A DNA stretch of 64,000 bases. Source: Candidatus Latescibacterota bacterium. Its GTDB lineage: Bacteria > Latescibacterota > UBA2968. The notes beneath the pieces are model-generated. The model did not search any database. It saw only the letters and a program-made list of their open reading frames with translations, and had not been told where the DNA came from. This document shows positions 36,812 through 45,408 of this stretch, piece by piece. The stretch lies in assembly GCA_965116885.1 (NCBI GenBank), contig OZ220741.1, positions 1,376,001-1,440,000 on the forward strand, given 5' to 3'. A program made the position numbers and the translations under genes. Position 1 is the stretch's first letter; each line of letters begins with the position of its first letter.

Positions 36812-38440
36812 TCACACTTCGGATATTTGCCTGGCAAATTCAGCCACTTGATCATATTCCGGGTGTTGCACAATTTGTTTGACTGTTTCCAGCAAGCCCT
36901 CAAGAGGCCATCCTGGTAATCGAATCCCATCCTGCAACAGGCTCTCAATCTTACTCTTGCTTTCGGGATAATCTGAATAAAAACAGGCATAACGGTAAAA
37001 CCATAATTCCAACTCAAGATTCTTGTTATATGCCTGAATATGCTGAAAGGCTTTATTGATAAAAGTTTTTGCTTGCTCAAAATATCCTTGTTGCAACAAA
37101 AACAGAGCGTAATTGCCGTTGATATCCGCATCATCAGGATCTAACTCAAGGGCTTTCTGGTGATATTCCTTAGCCTGTGTGTAATCTCTTTCTCTTGTAA
37201 GAAGCAGGGCATAATTGCCGTTGATGATTGCATCATCAGGATCTAACTTAAGGGCTTTCTGATAATATTTCTTAGCCTGTGTGTAATCTCTTTCAATATC
37301 CATAAGAAACAGGGCGTAATCATTCATTAGTTCAGGACTGTCAGGACATTTCTCTAGCCCTTCTGTATAAAAAGACACTTTCTTTTTTGGGTCAGTTTCT
37401 ATGCTCGCTTGAAATCCATAAAACCACCAATTAGGGCCTTCGGGCTTTTCGCGTTTGATTATTTTCTCCAACGCATTGGGTAACAAATCTGATCCGTCTT
37501 TGATCTTATTGTAAACCCCTTGCATCTGCTTTCTATATTCCTTCACTCGCTCTTCGGCGATTTGCTCAATTTTTTCATCTAACAAACCTATTCCAATTTT
37601 TTCACCGAGCAATACCATTAATTCATCAAAATCCGTGATAGGTAAAAAACAGCCTTGTTTATCAATAACTAATTCTTCGATTTTACCTTTTGGATGTTCT
37701 GTCCCAGTAAAACACCAATATATACCCCTATCTGGATCCAAAGCTTCTTTTAACACATCCATAAAACCGCCATCGTTCCCGCCATAGCCAATCACAATCG
37801 GGATATAAGATTGGAAAATATCCTGTAAACCACGTTTCAGCTTTTTATCAATATCCTTTATTTCATCCGCTGTGTTTTGTGGCGACAAAAAGACATCGTG
37901 GTGAACCTTGATAACCATTGGTCGTTGTAGCTGGATTTTGATAAAATCGGCTAAATCCGCATGTCCGATTACTAACGGCTTTTTTGCTGTGTAAATGAAA
38001 AGCGCATCTTCGGTCAAGCTGTCAAAATTGGTCGTGATCACAATGTCGTGATCTCCCTTTGCCAGGATCTCTGCGAGGAATGAATAACCACAGCTTGGTT
38101 CTGCGTCCTCCATAATTTTCTCAAAAAAATCATAGCCTCCCTGATGATCTACCTCAAAGCGTTTGGCAAAAATTTGGGGATAAAAACTGGCGAGATCATC
38201 TTTGTCAATGCTCTCTTCTCTAAGCCATGATTCAAATTGATCTTTGTCCAGGTCTTCTTCAATCTCCGGCAGCCATTGAGATGCTAATTCTGCGCCAGTG
38301 GGAATGCCAGAGTTTTTGGATGCCCCGGCTCCTAAAATAAAGCAAAACTTTCGATTCCGTTGTTCTTCGAAATAGCGAAGGAATTGTTTTAATGTAATCT
38401 TTCTCGGCTTTGGTTTATCATTTTGCTGGTTCTGTTTCAT
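36812..38440 (-). CDS. SIR2-like (SIR2_2) domain + TPR protein
   Basis: ILGAGAS..SGIPT, ITTNFD, IKVHHD, IVIGYGG.D; C-terminal 34-aa TPRs; visibly AT-rich. Confidence 0.88.
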   Translation of the reverse strand: MKQNQQNDKPKPRKITLKQFLRYFEEQRNRKFCFILGAGASKNSGIPTGAELASQWLPEIEEDLDKDQFESWLREESIDKDDLASFYPQIFAKRFEVDHQGGYDFFEKIMEDAEPSCGYSFLAEILAKGDHDIVITTNFDSLTEDALFIYTAKKPLVIGHADLADFIKIQLQRPMVIKVHHDVFLSPQNTADEIKDIDKKLKRGLQDIFQSYIPIVIGYGGNDGGFMDVLKEALDPDRGIYWCFTGTEHPKGKIEELVIDKQGCFLPITDFDELMVLLGEKIGIGLLDEKIEQIAEERVKEYRKQMQGVYNKIKDGSDLLPNALEKIIKREKPEGPNWWFYGFQASIETDPKKKVSFYTEGLEKCPDSPELMNDYALFLMDIERDYTQAKKYYQKALKLDPDDAIINGNYALLLTRERDYTQAKEYHQKALELDPDDADINGNYALFLLQQGYFEQAKTFINKAFQHIQAYNKNLELELWFYRYACFYSDYPESKSKIESLLQDGIRLPGWPLEGLLETVKQIVQHPEYDQVAEFARQISEV

Positions 38441-38459
38441 ACTAAAAATTCTCCACTCT

Positions 38460-38576
38460 CCAACCGAACTTGCTGGTCATGCGGATGTAAAACTCGCGCT
38501 CCAGATCATCTTCACACTGCTCCAGGATAATCAGATTATGCGACCAATCTATTTCTCGCACCAGTGGTGCGAGTTT
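38460..38576 (-). pseudogene. Internal fragment of a DUF1016/YhcG PD-(D/E)xK nuclease gene
   Basis: Translates KLAPLVREIDWSHNLIILEQCEDDLEREFYIRMTSKFGW, characteristic of DUF1016_N; no start codon. Confidence 0.8.
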
Positions 38577-38577
38577 T

Positions 38578-39372
38578 TCAGAAGTCTTGCTCATGTCTCA
38601 ATTCCTCAAAGTTCCTCTTAATTGATGTCGCCAACTTCATCGCCTCGGGAATAATCTCCAGCATGAATGCAATGAATGGCGTGCTTTCGCCTTCTGACGA
38701 ACTCTGTCTGATGGCTTTGTAGTAGTCGCTTTGTCTGGCATGGACCAGACTTTCTACGGGGATGTGGGCGAACAGGGGTTTCCAGCGGGTCAGTATCAGG
38801 GTCTGCCAGAGGCGTCCCATTCGTCCGTTGCCATCTTCAAAGGGGTGAATGAACTCAAATTCGTAGTGAAAGACCGAACTGGCGATTAGCGGGTGCTCAT
38901 CGGTGCTGCCCAACCATGCCAGCAAGTTTGCCATGAGTTGCGGCACGCGTCCGGGAGGCGGGCCGATGTGATGGACTTCGCCGCCGCCCATAACGCCAAT
39001 GTCTTTGCGGCGATATTGTCCGGGCGCATCTAATAGACCGATCATCAGGATTTCGTGAGCACGCAACAGGTCGGCTTCGCTGGCGGGGTTCCACTGCTGG
39101 TATTGATCGTAGGCTTTGATGGCGTTGCGGGCTTCCTGTATGTCTCTGAGTGGCGCTATGACTGGCTCGCCGTCGAGTATTGTGGAGACCTGTTCTTCGC
39201 TGAGGATATTGCCTTCAATGGCGAGGGATCCGCGGATCGTGAGGATGCGGTTGATGCGTCGCAGGCGCAAGTCCTGCGAGATGCCCGTCGCGCGGCCAAT
39301 CGCTTCACCGATTTCTTCAATGCGAAAGAGAATGTCCGGCGTGATTGTGTATGGTGGTTTTTCGATTTTCAT
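38578..39372 (-). CDS. Fic family protein, probably C-terminally truncated or chimeric
   Basis: HPFEDGNGRMGR catalytic motif, N-terminal SLAIEGN inhibitory motif. Confidence 0.9.
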   Translation of the reverse strand: MKIEKPPYTITPDILFRIEEIGEAIGRATGISQDLRLRRINRILTIRGSLAIEGNILSEEQVSTILDGEPVIAPLRDIQEARNAIKAYDQYQQWNPASEADLLRAHEILMIGLLDAPGQYRRKDIGVMGGGEVHHIGPPPGRVPQLMANLLAWLGSTDEHPLIASSVFHYEFEFIHPFEDGNGRMGRLWQTLILTRWKPLFAHIPVESLVHARQSDYYKAIRQSSSEGESTPFIAFMLEIIPEAMKLATSIKRNFEELRHEQDF

Positions 39373-39389
39373 TGTTTATCTATCAATTA

Positions 39390-39423
39390 CTGGATCGCGG
39401 CTAAAACCCTGCCGCGATGACGG
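39390..39423. repeat. 34-bp palindromic element (second copy)
   Basis: Identical to 11061-11094 except two loop bases. Confidence 0.8.
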
Positions 39424-39516
39424 TGGTCCTTACTCAAGGCACTCGATATTGCATGCATCTTAAAGGATTTAATGTACGGAATCATGCGAAATCGCGCCAC
39501 CCTTCATATTGCGAAC

Positions 39517-39543
39517 GGGCGGGCACAGGGGCACCGCCCCTAC
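39517..39543. repeat. GTAG-type REP (single copy)
   Basis: GGGCGGGCACAGGGGCACCGCCCCTAC. Confidence 0.85.
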
Positions 39544-39654
39544 AGGAAATGGTTCGACATTTATATAAAGTAAAAAAATATTGCGTTTCGTGTTGGCAAT
39601 CGCGTATGTTGGAGGCGAGATCGCGTAATTTTACGAGGAGCAAAGGAGCGTTTT

Positions 39655-40551
39655 ATGGAATGGAATTTTGAACAGGTGGCGGGTCCGTTTGGTTTTACCG
39701 AGGGTCCGGTGTGGGTAGGCGATGCGCTGTTGTTTACCGATATGCCGGGAGATCGCGCGATGCGCTACGATCACAGGTCGGGTGTTTGCGATGTGTGGCG
39801 CACGGGTACGAACCGGGCAAATGGTCTGACTACTGATGCACAGGGTCGGGTCTATGGCGCGGAGGGTACGTTTGATCCGGGTGGTGACAGATTTGTGGAT
39901 GGTCCCGGGCGTCGCATTGCGCGCTATGAAAGCGACGGCTCGACGACGGTGATTTCCGACAATTTTGAGGGCAACCGTTTTAACAGTCCCAATGATCTCG
40001 TGGTGGATGCAAAGGGCCGGGTTTGGTTTACAGATCCGAGGTATGGCGATGATAAGTCATGTATGGATATCGGTCACGAGTCGGTGTATCGGGCTGATCC
40101 CCAGGACGATGGTTCGTACACGACTGTGCGGGTGACTTTTGATACGACAAAGCCCAATGGTCTAATTGTTACGCCCGATATGAAGACCCTGTATGTGGCG
40201 CAGAGCGATTATCTTCCCGAGACTGCTCGGGAATTGCGCGCGTATCCGATTGCGGAAGATGGGTCGCTGGGTGCTTGTGAGGTGTTGCACGATTTTGGTG
40301 CCCATCGGGGTATAGACGGTATGAGGCTGGATGCGGATCTGAATATTGTCGCGAGTGCGGGTTGGCCGGATAGCGGGCCCGGTCCGATGATCTACGTTTT
40401 TGCGCTCGACGGACAGGTGCTCGAAGCACATCCTTTTCCGATCAATCCGACCAATTGCGCCTTTGGCGATGAAGATTTGCAGTCGCTCTATGTCACGGCT
40501 ATAGATGGGTATTTGTACCGCGCGCGTACGCATCGAAAGGGATTGGGATAG
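39655..40551 (+). CDS. SMP-30/gluconolactonase/LRE family protein
   Basis: FTEGPVW, NSPNDL, FTDP.YG, PNGL, DGMRLD, PTNCAFG. Confidence 0.92.
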   Translation: MEWNFEQVAGPFGFTEGPVWVGDALLFTDMPGDRAMRYDHRSGVCDVWRTGTNRANGLTTDAQGRVYGAEGTFDPGGDRFVDGPGRRIARYESDGSTTVISDNFEGNRFNSPNDLVVDAKGRVWFTDPRYGDDKSCMDIGHESVYRADPQDDGSYTTVRVTFDTTKPNGLIVTPDMKTLYVAQSDYLPETARELRAYPIAEDGSLGACEVLHDFGAHRGIDGMRLDADLNIVASAGWPDSGPGPMIYVFALDGQVLEAHPFPINPTNCAFGDEDLQSLYVTAIDGYLYRARTHRKGLG

Positions 40552-40552
40552 G

Positions 40553-41518
40553 CTAGTACCACTTTGATTTATCTACGACATTGGTCAGTTCTTCACCCGC
40601 GAGGAAGCGTCGCGCGTTGTCGATGAGTATTTCGTAGCGTCGCGCGTTTATGTTGCCAGCGTCTCTGACGGCAATGTGGGGGGTCATTAGCACGTTGGGC
40701 AAGCCCCACAGTTTGTGGTCGGATGGCAGTGGCTCTTGTTCGAATACGTCGAGTCCGGCACCGGCTATTGTGCCGGATTCGATGGCGTTGGCGAGGTCGT
40801 CTATTTTGCACACTTTGCCGCGGCCGATGTTGATGAAGTACGCTGAGGGTTTCATCAGGGTGAAACGTCGCGCGTCGAACATGCCTTCGGTTTCGGGTGT
40901 GTGTGGGACAGTTGTGATGACGAAGTCCGCGAGTGGCAGAAGTGCGTCAATTTCGTCCGGAGTGTGGAATTCGACGTAGGGCAGTTCGTATTCGGGGCGG
41001 GGTTCGATGCCGATGACGGTCATTCCCAGTTCGTTGCACAGGCGCGCTGTCTCGTGTCCGATGCCGCCGACGCCGTTGATGAGTGCTGTTGCGCCAGCGA
41101 GGTCTATGTACGGCGATTTGCGCGCGTTTTTGTCCCATTCTCTGCGCCGCTGTGCGTCCATATACCACGGTAGCCCGCGCGCCAGTGCGAGCAGGAACAT
41201 CAGGATGTGGTGGGATATGTGGTCGAAGTATATGCCGCGGGGATTTGTGATGGTTAGCGGGTGTTGAGTCAGTTCTTTGTAGTAGTATCCGAAGAAGGGA
41301 CCTGCGTCTGGATTGTGTAGCCAGGCGAGTTTTTTGGCTACGGCGAGCGCGTCGGGTGGTATCCAGCCCAATGCGGCGTCGGCATCGCGTATTGCCTCTA
41401 TGGCTTCCGCGTCGGTTTCGGGCGATAGGACGTGGTATTCGGGGAGTTCGTCTGACAGGCGGGTGGCGAATGCGCGCTTGAGGTCGTCCTGCGGCGGCAT
41501 GAATACAAATTTTGGCAT
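40553..41518 (-). CDS. D-2-hydroxyacid dehydrogenase
   Basis: GVGGIG, P.TPETEG, FINIGRG, GAGLDVFEQEPL, TPH. Confidence 0.93.
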   Translation of the reverse strand: MPKFVFMPPQDDLKRAFATRLSDELPEYHVLSPETDAEAIEAIRDADAALGWIPPDALAVAKKLAWLHNPDAGPFFGYYYKELTQHPLTITNPRGIYFDHISHHILMFLLALARGLPWYMDAQRRREWDKNARKSPYIDLAGATALINGVGGIGHETARLCNELGMTVIGIEPRPEYELPYVEFHTPDEIDALLPLADFVITTVPHTPETEGMFDARRFTLMKPSAYFINIGRGKVCKIDDLANAIESGTIAGAGLDVFEQEPLPSDHKLWGLPNVLMTPHIAVRDAGNINARRYEILIDNARRFLAGEELTNVVDKSKWY

Positions 41519-41519
41519 T

Positions 41520-42185
41520 TTAATTCTCCAATCTTCCAGCCCATTTGATACATCCCGTGATGTGCGCGTGGAACCAGTCTTCGTGCCATAGGGCATCGGG
41601 GTGTCCCAGGGCGGTGTACATGACGCGGCCTTTGCCGTATTCGTGGCACCAGCCCATGGCGTAGTCGTTATCTTCGCGGTTGCCTTTTTCCAGATCTACG
41701 GTATCGTTGTCGATCCGCATTAAGACATGGGTCTTGTTGCGGTCGTAATTTTTGAATGTGTAGATTTCATCTGTTACCCGAAAATAGTCGCCCAGCATTT
41801 TTGTCGCGGGGTGATTGGTGTCTTCGACAATGATCCCCACTTCCTGGTGCCAGGGGTGGCCGTTGAACCATCCGCCGAGCATTTCGCCGTATTCGGGCCA
41901 GTCATAGCAGGTGTCGGTTGCGTTGTGTATGCCAAGAAATGATTTGCCGTTGCGGACAAAGTCCAGGATCGCGGTTTTTTGTTCATCGGTAAAGGGCAGG
42001 TTGCCGGTTGTCGCAAATGCGAGGATGTCAAATTTTTCCAAATTCTCAGCGGAGATGCGGTCCAACCGATGCGTGGTTAAAACCCGCCATCCATTTTCTT
42101 TTCCGATGGCTTTCAGAGCTACTTCTGCGTCGGGCAAATAGCTGTGTTCAAATCCCGCTGAATGCCGCAGGAATAAGATGTTCAT
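41520..42185 (-). CDS. ThuA-domain protein
   Basis: GFEH, GIHNATD, GG.F.GHPW, DEIY, GRVMYTALGH. Confidence 0.9.
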   Translation of the reverse strand: MNILFLRHSAGFEHSYLPDAEVALKAIGKENGWRVLTTHRLDRISAENLEKFDILAFATTGNLPFTDEQKTAILDFVRNGKSFLGIHNATDTCYDWPEYGEMLGGWFNGHPWHQEVGIIVEDTNHPATKMLGDYFRVTDEIYTFKNYDRNKTHVLMRIDNDTVDLEKGNREDNDYAMGWCHEYGKGRVMYTALGHPDALWHEDWFHAHITGCIKWAGRLEN

Positions 42186-42200
42186 GTTTTTCCTTTCTGT

Positions 42201-42959
42201 TTAATAGAGACTCAACAGTCCCTCGGCGCCGGGGACCCGGCGTTTTTCGTATTCTTCAGATATCCACCGCGCATTTGACGGTAAGCCCGGATTGCGATAG
42301 GCATATACCACACACCACCGCGTATCACTGTGCGGCTGTCGCGGGTTTACGCCGTGAGCGGCAAATGTCCACATGGCGATTACGGTTCCAGATGGCATAG
42401 TGGGCGCGTGTATCTGGAGAGGTTCACCCGTCATGGGGTGGGTTTTTTCGCTGAGCCACTGTTCTTGTAATGCTTTGTCTGAGTCAATACGCCCGATTTT
42501 TTCGCGAAATAGGTGGCTGCCTGGTACGACTTTTAACCCGCCGTCGTCGGGTTCAAATCCGTTGACGTAAAAGAAGATGCGAACAAATCCCAGGCTGGGG
42601 TCTTCTTCTCCATATCCATGTGTGTGCCAGTTTATTCCGCGGTTGCCTCCGGGGCGGTTCAGGCTGACGCAGTGATCGTATCGAATATTTTCGCCCAGAA
42701 TATCTCGCGCCAGTCTGAGCATTTGGGGATGTCCGATCAGACTTTCGAGATACCAGTCAAATTCAGCGGCGAACCGATTGGGTTCATGGCCTTCTTTTGC
42801 CTGTGGTCTGAGTGATTCGATATAGGACAGGGATTCTGTCAACTTTTTCTGTGCGTCGTCTTTCAGCAGTCCCGGAAAGGCGATATGTCCGTCGTGGTCC
42901 ATTTCTCGGCGTTCGGATTCGCCGAATGTAAAGTCGTGAAAAATGGGTTTCCATTCCAT
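42201..42959 (-). CDS. Phytanoyl-CoA dioxygenase (PhyH) family protein with HxH variant motif
   Basis: WHTH, GGLKVVPGSH, distal H and R. Confidence 0.85.
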   Translation of the reverse strand: MEWKPIFHDFTFGESERREMDHDGHIAFPGLLKDDAQKKLTESLSYIESLRPQAKEGHEPNRFAAEFDWYLESLIGHPQMLRLARDILGENIRYDHCVSLNRPGGNRGINWHTHGYGEEDPSLGFVRIFFYVNGFEPDDGGLKVVPGSHLFREKIGRIDSDKALQEQWLSEKTHPMTGEPLQIHAPTMPSGTVIAMWTFAAHGVNPRQPHSDTRWCVVYAYRNPGLPSNARWISEEYEKRRVPGAEGLLSLY

Positions 42960-42974
42960 AATCCGGTCCTCATA

Positions 42975-43820
42975 CTATGCTATGGCTTCTTCGCCCAGGT
43001 GTTCAGATAGCCATCCGCGCAAGGGTACGTCTTCGTCAGTTGGAGAGGTGAATCCATATCCGCCGGTTGGCGCGTTGCCAAATAGTTGTTTGCGGATGGG
43101 ATCCAATCGGTCCCACCAGTGATCCATTGTTACGTCATCGCGGGGACGGAACCAGCGATAGCTATATCCGTAAAAGAGTGCCCGACGCGCTTCTGTCCAG
43201 TAATTTGCGCTTACTGAGTGCCAGAGTCTGCGGTCAAAGAACACGGCTGTTCCCGGCTTGACCAGTACGGGTATTGCATCTTTGGGTTCAGATGTGCGGT
43301 CGCCATTGGGAAAGTCGTAGTCGTTGGTCAGGTGACTGCCCGGTATAATGTAAAAGTTGCCCCGGCCATTTTCGCTGCAGTCTGTTAAAAAGTAGGCTAC
43401 TTTGATTGAAATGCGGGGTCGGGGGTCTGTTTCTAATTCCTGATTGAGCAGGGCACTGTCCTGATGCCAGCGCAGATTCTTTCCACCCGTTCCGTTTGAT
43501 ACCGGGGGGGTGACGTTGAGGTGGGAGTGGTAGATTTGCAAGTTCCAGCTCAGAATATCCCACACTTTTGCAATGGTCCTGGGCCAATCTACCAGTTCGA
43601 CAAATTCCCAGTCGAGGCCGATAAAGTCTCTGACACTCAAGCGTCCGAGTTTATCTATGCCTTGTTTGGGACGCATTTCGGCATCTATGCGATCGATCAC
43701 GGCGCACAGACGCGCGACGTGGTCGGGGTCGAGAGCATTTTCGACAATCAGATACCCATCGCGGTCAAACTGCAATCGCTCTTCTTCTGTCAGGCTATGC
43801 GATAGACATGAAACATCCAT
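42975..43820 (-). CDS. Phytanoyl-CoA dioxygenase (PhyH) family protein
   Basis: F.RDGYL, WHQD, IIPGSH, FDRRLWH, R. Confidence 0.92.
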   Translation of the reverse strand: MDVSCLSHSLTEEERLQFDRDGYLIVENALDPDHVARLCAVIDRIDAEMRPKQGIDKLGRLSVRDFIGLDWEFVELVDWPRTIAKVWDILSWNLQIYHSHLNVTPPVSNGTGGKNLRWHQDSALLNQELETDPRPRISIKVAYFLTDCSENGRGNFYIIPGSHLTNDYDFPNGDRTSEPKDAIPVLVKPGTAVFFDRRLWHSVSANYWTEARRALFYGYSYRWFRPRDDVTMDHWWDRLDPIRKQLFGNAPTGGYGFTSPTDEDVPLRGWLSEHLGEEAIA

Positions 43821-43842
43821 GGCTGTCTCCTTTCCGTTTGTT

Positions 43843-45234
43843 CTAAAATGCTTCCCAAAATTTTTTCCCCCATTCGCTTTTCGCATCGTCCCAGTCGTCG
43901 CGCCATTGAAACAGGGTTTCTCGCAGGTCAGCTACTTTGCCAGCGTGTGCTTTGTCGTCTGCGAGATTGTGCAGTTCCAGTGGGTCGTTTTTTAGGTCGA
44001 ATAGCTGCGTTGTGCGATGTCCATTTACGGCGTATTCGATGAGCTTAAATCGATTGTCTTTTACCATGCGCTGCCACTCGCGATATGCAGAGAATAGGGT
44101 GTCGCGCACCTGTTCTTCGCCATTGTTGAGTGCGGATACCAGACTGGTGCCTTCCACGGAGTCCGGTGTGCTGGTGTCGATTAAGTCGCACAGGGTTGGG
44201 AATATATCGTGTAAATACACATAGGCGGATCGTTTTTCACCCGCGGGTACGCCCGGCCCAGAAAATATCAGGGGTACGCGTACGCTGTGTTCGTACATGT
44301 TCTGTTTGCCGAAAAGTCCGTGTTGTCCCACGGCGAGACCATTGTCCCCGGCAAAGACGACGATGGTGTTATCCGCCATTCCGCACGCGCTTATTGTGTC
44401 GAGTACGCGCCCCATTTGCGCGTCTAAATGGGTGATCATGGCGTAGTATTCGGCGATGTGTTGCCGCACTTTGTAGGGGTCGCGGGGAAAATCTTCGAGG
44501 ACTTCATCGCGGACTTTCAGGTCGCCATTGTCAAATGGATGTCCGCCCATAAAGTTCTCGGGAAGTGGGATGTCTTCGGGGTCGTACATATCGAGATATT
44601 TTTGTGGCATTGTGCGCGGGTCGTGAGGCGCCATGAATGAGATGTACATAAAGAATGGGTTGTCGGAGTCGTATTTTTCCAGCCAGTCAATTGCGCCTTC
44701 GGCAAATAATTCGCTGGAGTGTTTGCCCGCGGTTACGTGGTCGCCTTTTCGGATTTTTAAGGCGTTTGATTGGTTGGGGGTCGGGCACTGCAGGAGTACG
44801 GAGTCGTATTTGCCGGTGGGGTCATGATTAAATGCGGGCACATTCCAGTGGTCGTCCATGCCGCCGAAAAAGATCTCTGCGCCGTCTGAAAAGCTGCGTG
44901 CAAAAGACGCGGGGCCATTGTGCCATTTGCCCGTACCCCATGTGCGGTAGCCGTTATCTTGCAGATGTTCGCCCAGCATTACGTGGTCGTTGGGAATGCC
45001 CTGGCCCGCGCCGTCGAGGTGGAAGAGTGTGCGTCCCGTGTGCAACATGGCGCGACTGGGCATGCATATTGCGCCCGATGTTCCGCCGGGTATGTGCGCG
45101 TGTGTAAATGTCGTGCCTTCTGCCACGAGGCGATCCAGTACGGGTGTTTGCACATCTGTATTGCCCAGCGCGCGAATGGTGTCAAATCGCTGGTCGTCGG
45201 TGAAAAAGAAGAGGATGTTGGGTTTTTTGCTCAT
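43843..45234 (-). CDS. Sulfatase (choline-sulfatase-like)
   Basis: PNILFFFTDDQR, CMPSR, GKWH, APHDP, GDNG, GKQNMYE. Confidence 0.95.
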   Translation of the reverse strand: MSKKPNILFFFTDDQRFDTIRALGNTDVQTPVLDRLVAEGTTFTHAHIPGGTSGAICMPSRAMLHTGRTLFHLDGAGQGIPNDHVMLGEHLQDNGYRTWGTGKWHNGPASFARSFSDGAEIFFGGMDDHWNVPAFNHDPTGKYDSVLLQCPTPNQSNALKIRKGDHVTAGKHSSELFAEGAIDWLEKYDSDNPFFMYISFMAPHDPRTMPQKYLDMYDPEDIPLPENFMGGHPFDNGDLKVRDEVLEDFPRDPYKVRQHIAEYYAMITHLDAQMGRVLDTISACGMADNTIVVFAGDNGLAVGQHGLFGKQNMYEHSVRVPLIFSGPGVPAGEKRSAYVYLHDIFPTLCDLIDTSTPDSVEGTSLVSALNNGEEQVRDTLFSAYREWQRMVKDNRFKLIEYAVNGHRTTQLFDLKNDPLELHNLADDKAHAGKVADLRETLFQWRDDWDDAKSEWGKKFWEAF

Positions 45235-45408
45235 ATTTTTCTCCTTAAAAGGCGGTGAGAGGGTTCCAAACGATCAATAAACTTTGCTCTTGCTGTAAAG
45301 TCAAGCCCGTAAAGAACTACTCTATAGCAGGTGTTCCTTTCTGCTTTCTATCCGTTTCATCCAATGCTATATTGGGACAAATAACGACCCCTTTTCAGGA
45401 GTGTGGCC

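Noticed and set aside
36781..37134. N-terminal extension of the 605-aa AlbA_2 ORF call
   Set aside because: It overlaps the SIR2-TPR gene out of frame; domain similarity starts at MNEKI (36780).
30154..39372. Island as an integron cassette array
   Set aside because: Genes are co-oriented, but no integrase or recurring attC-like site was seen; the spacers are gene fragments.
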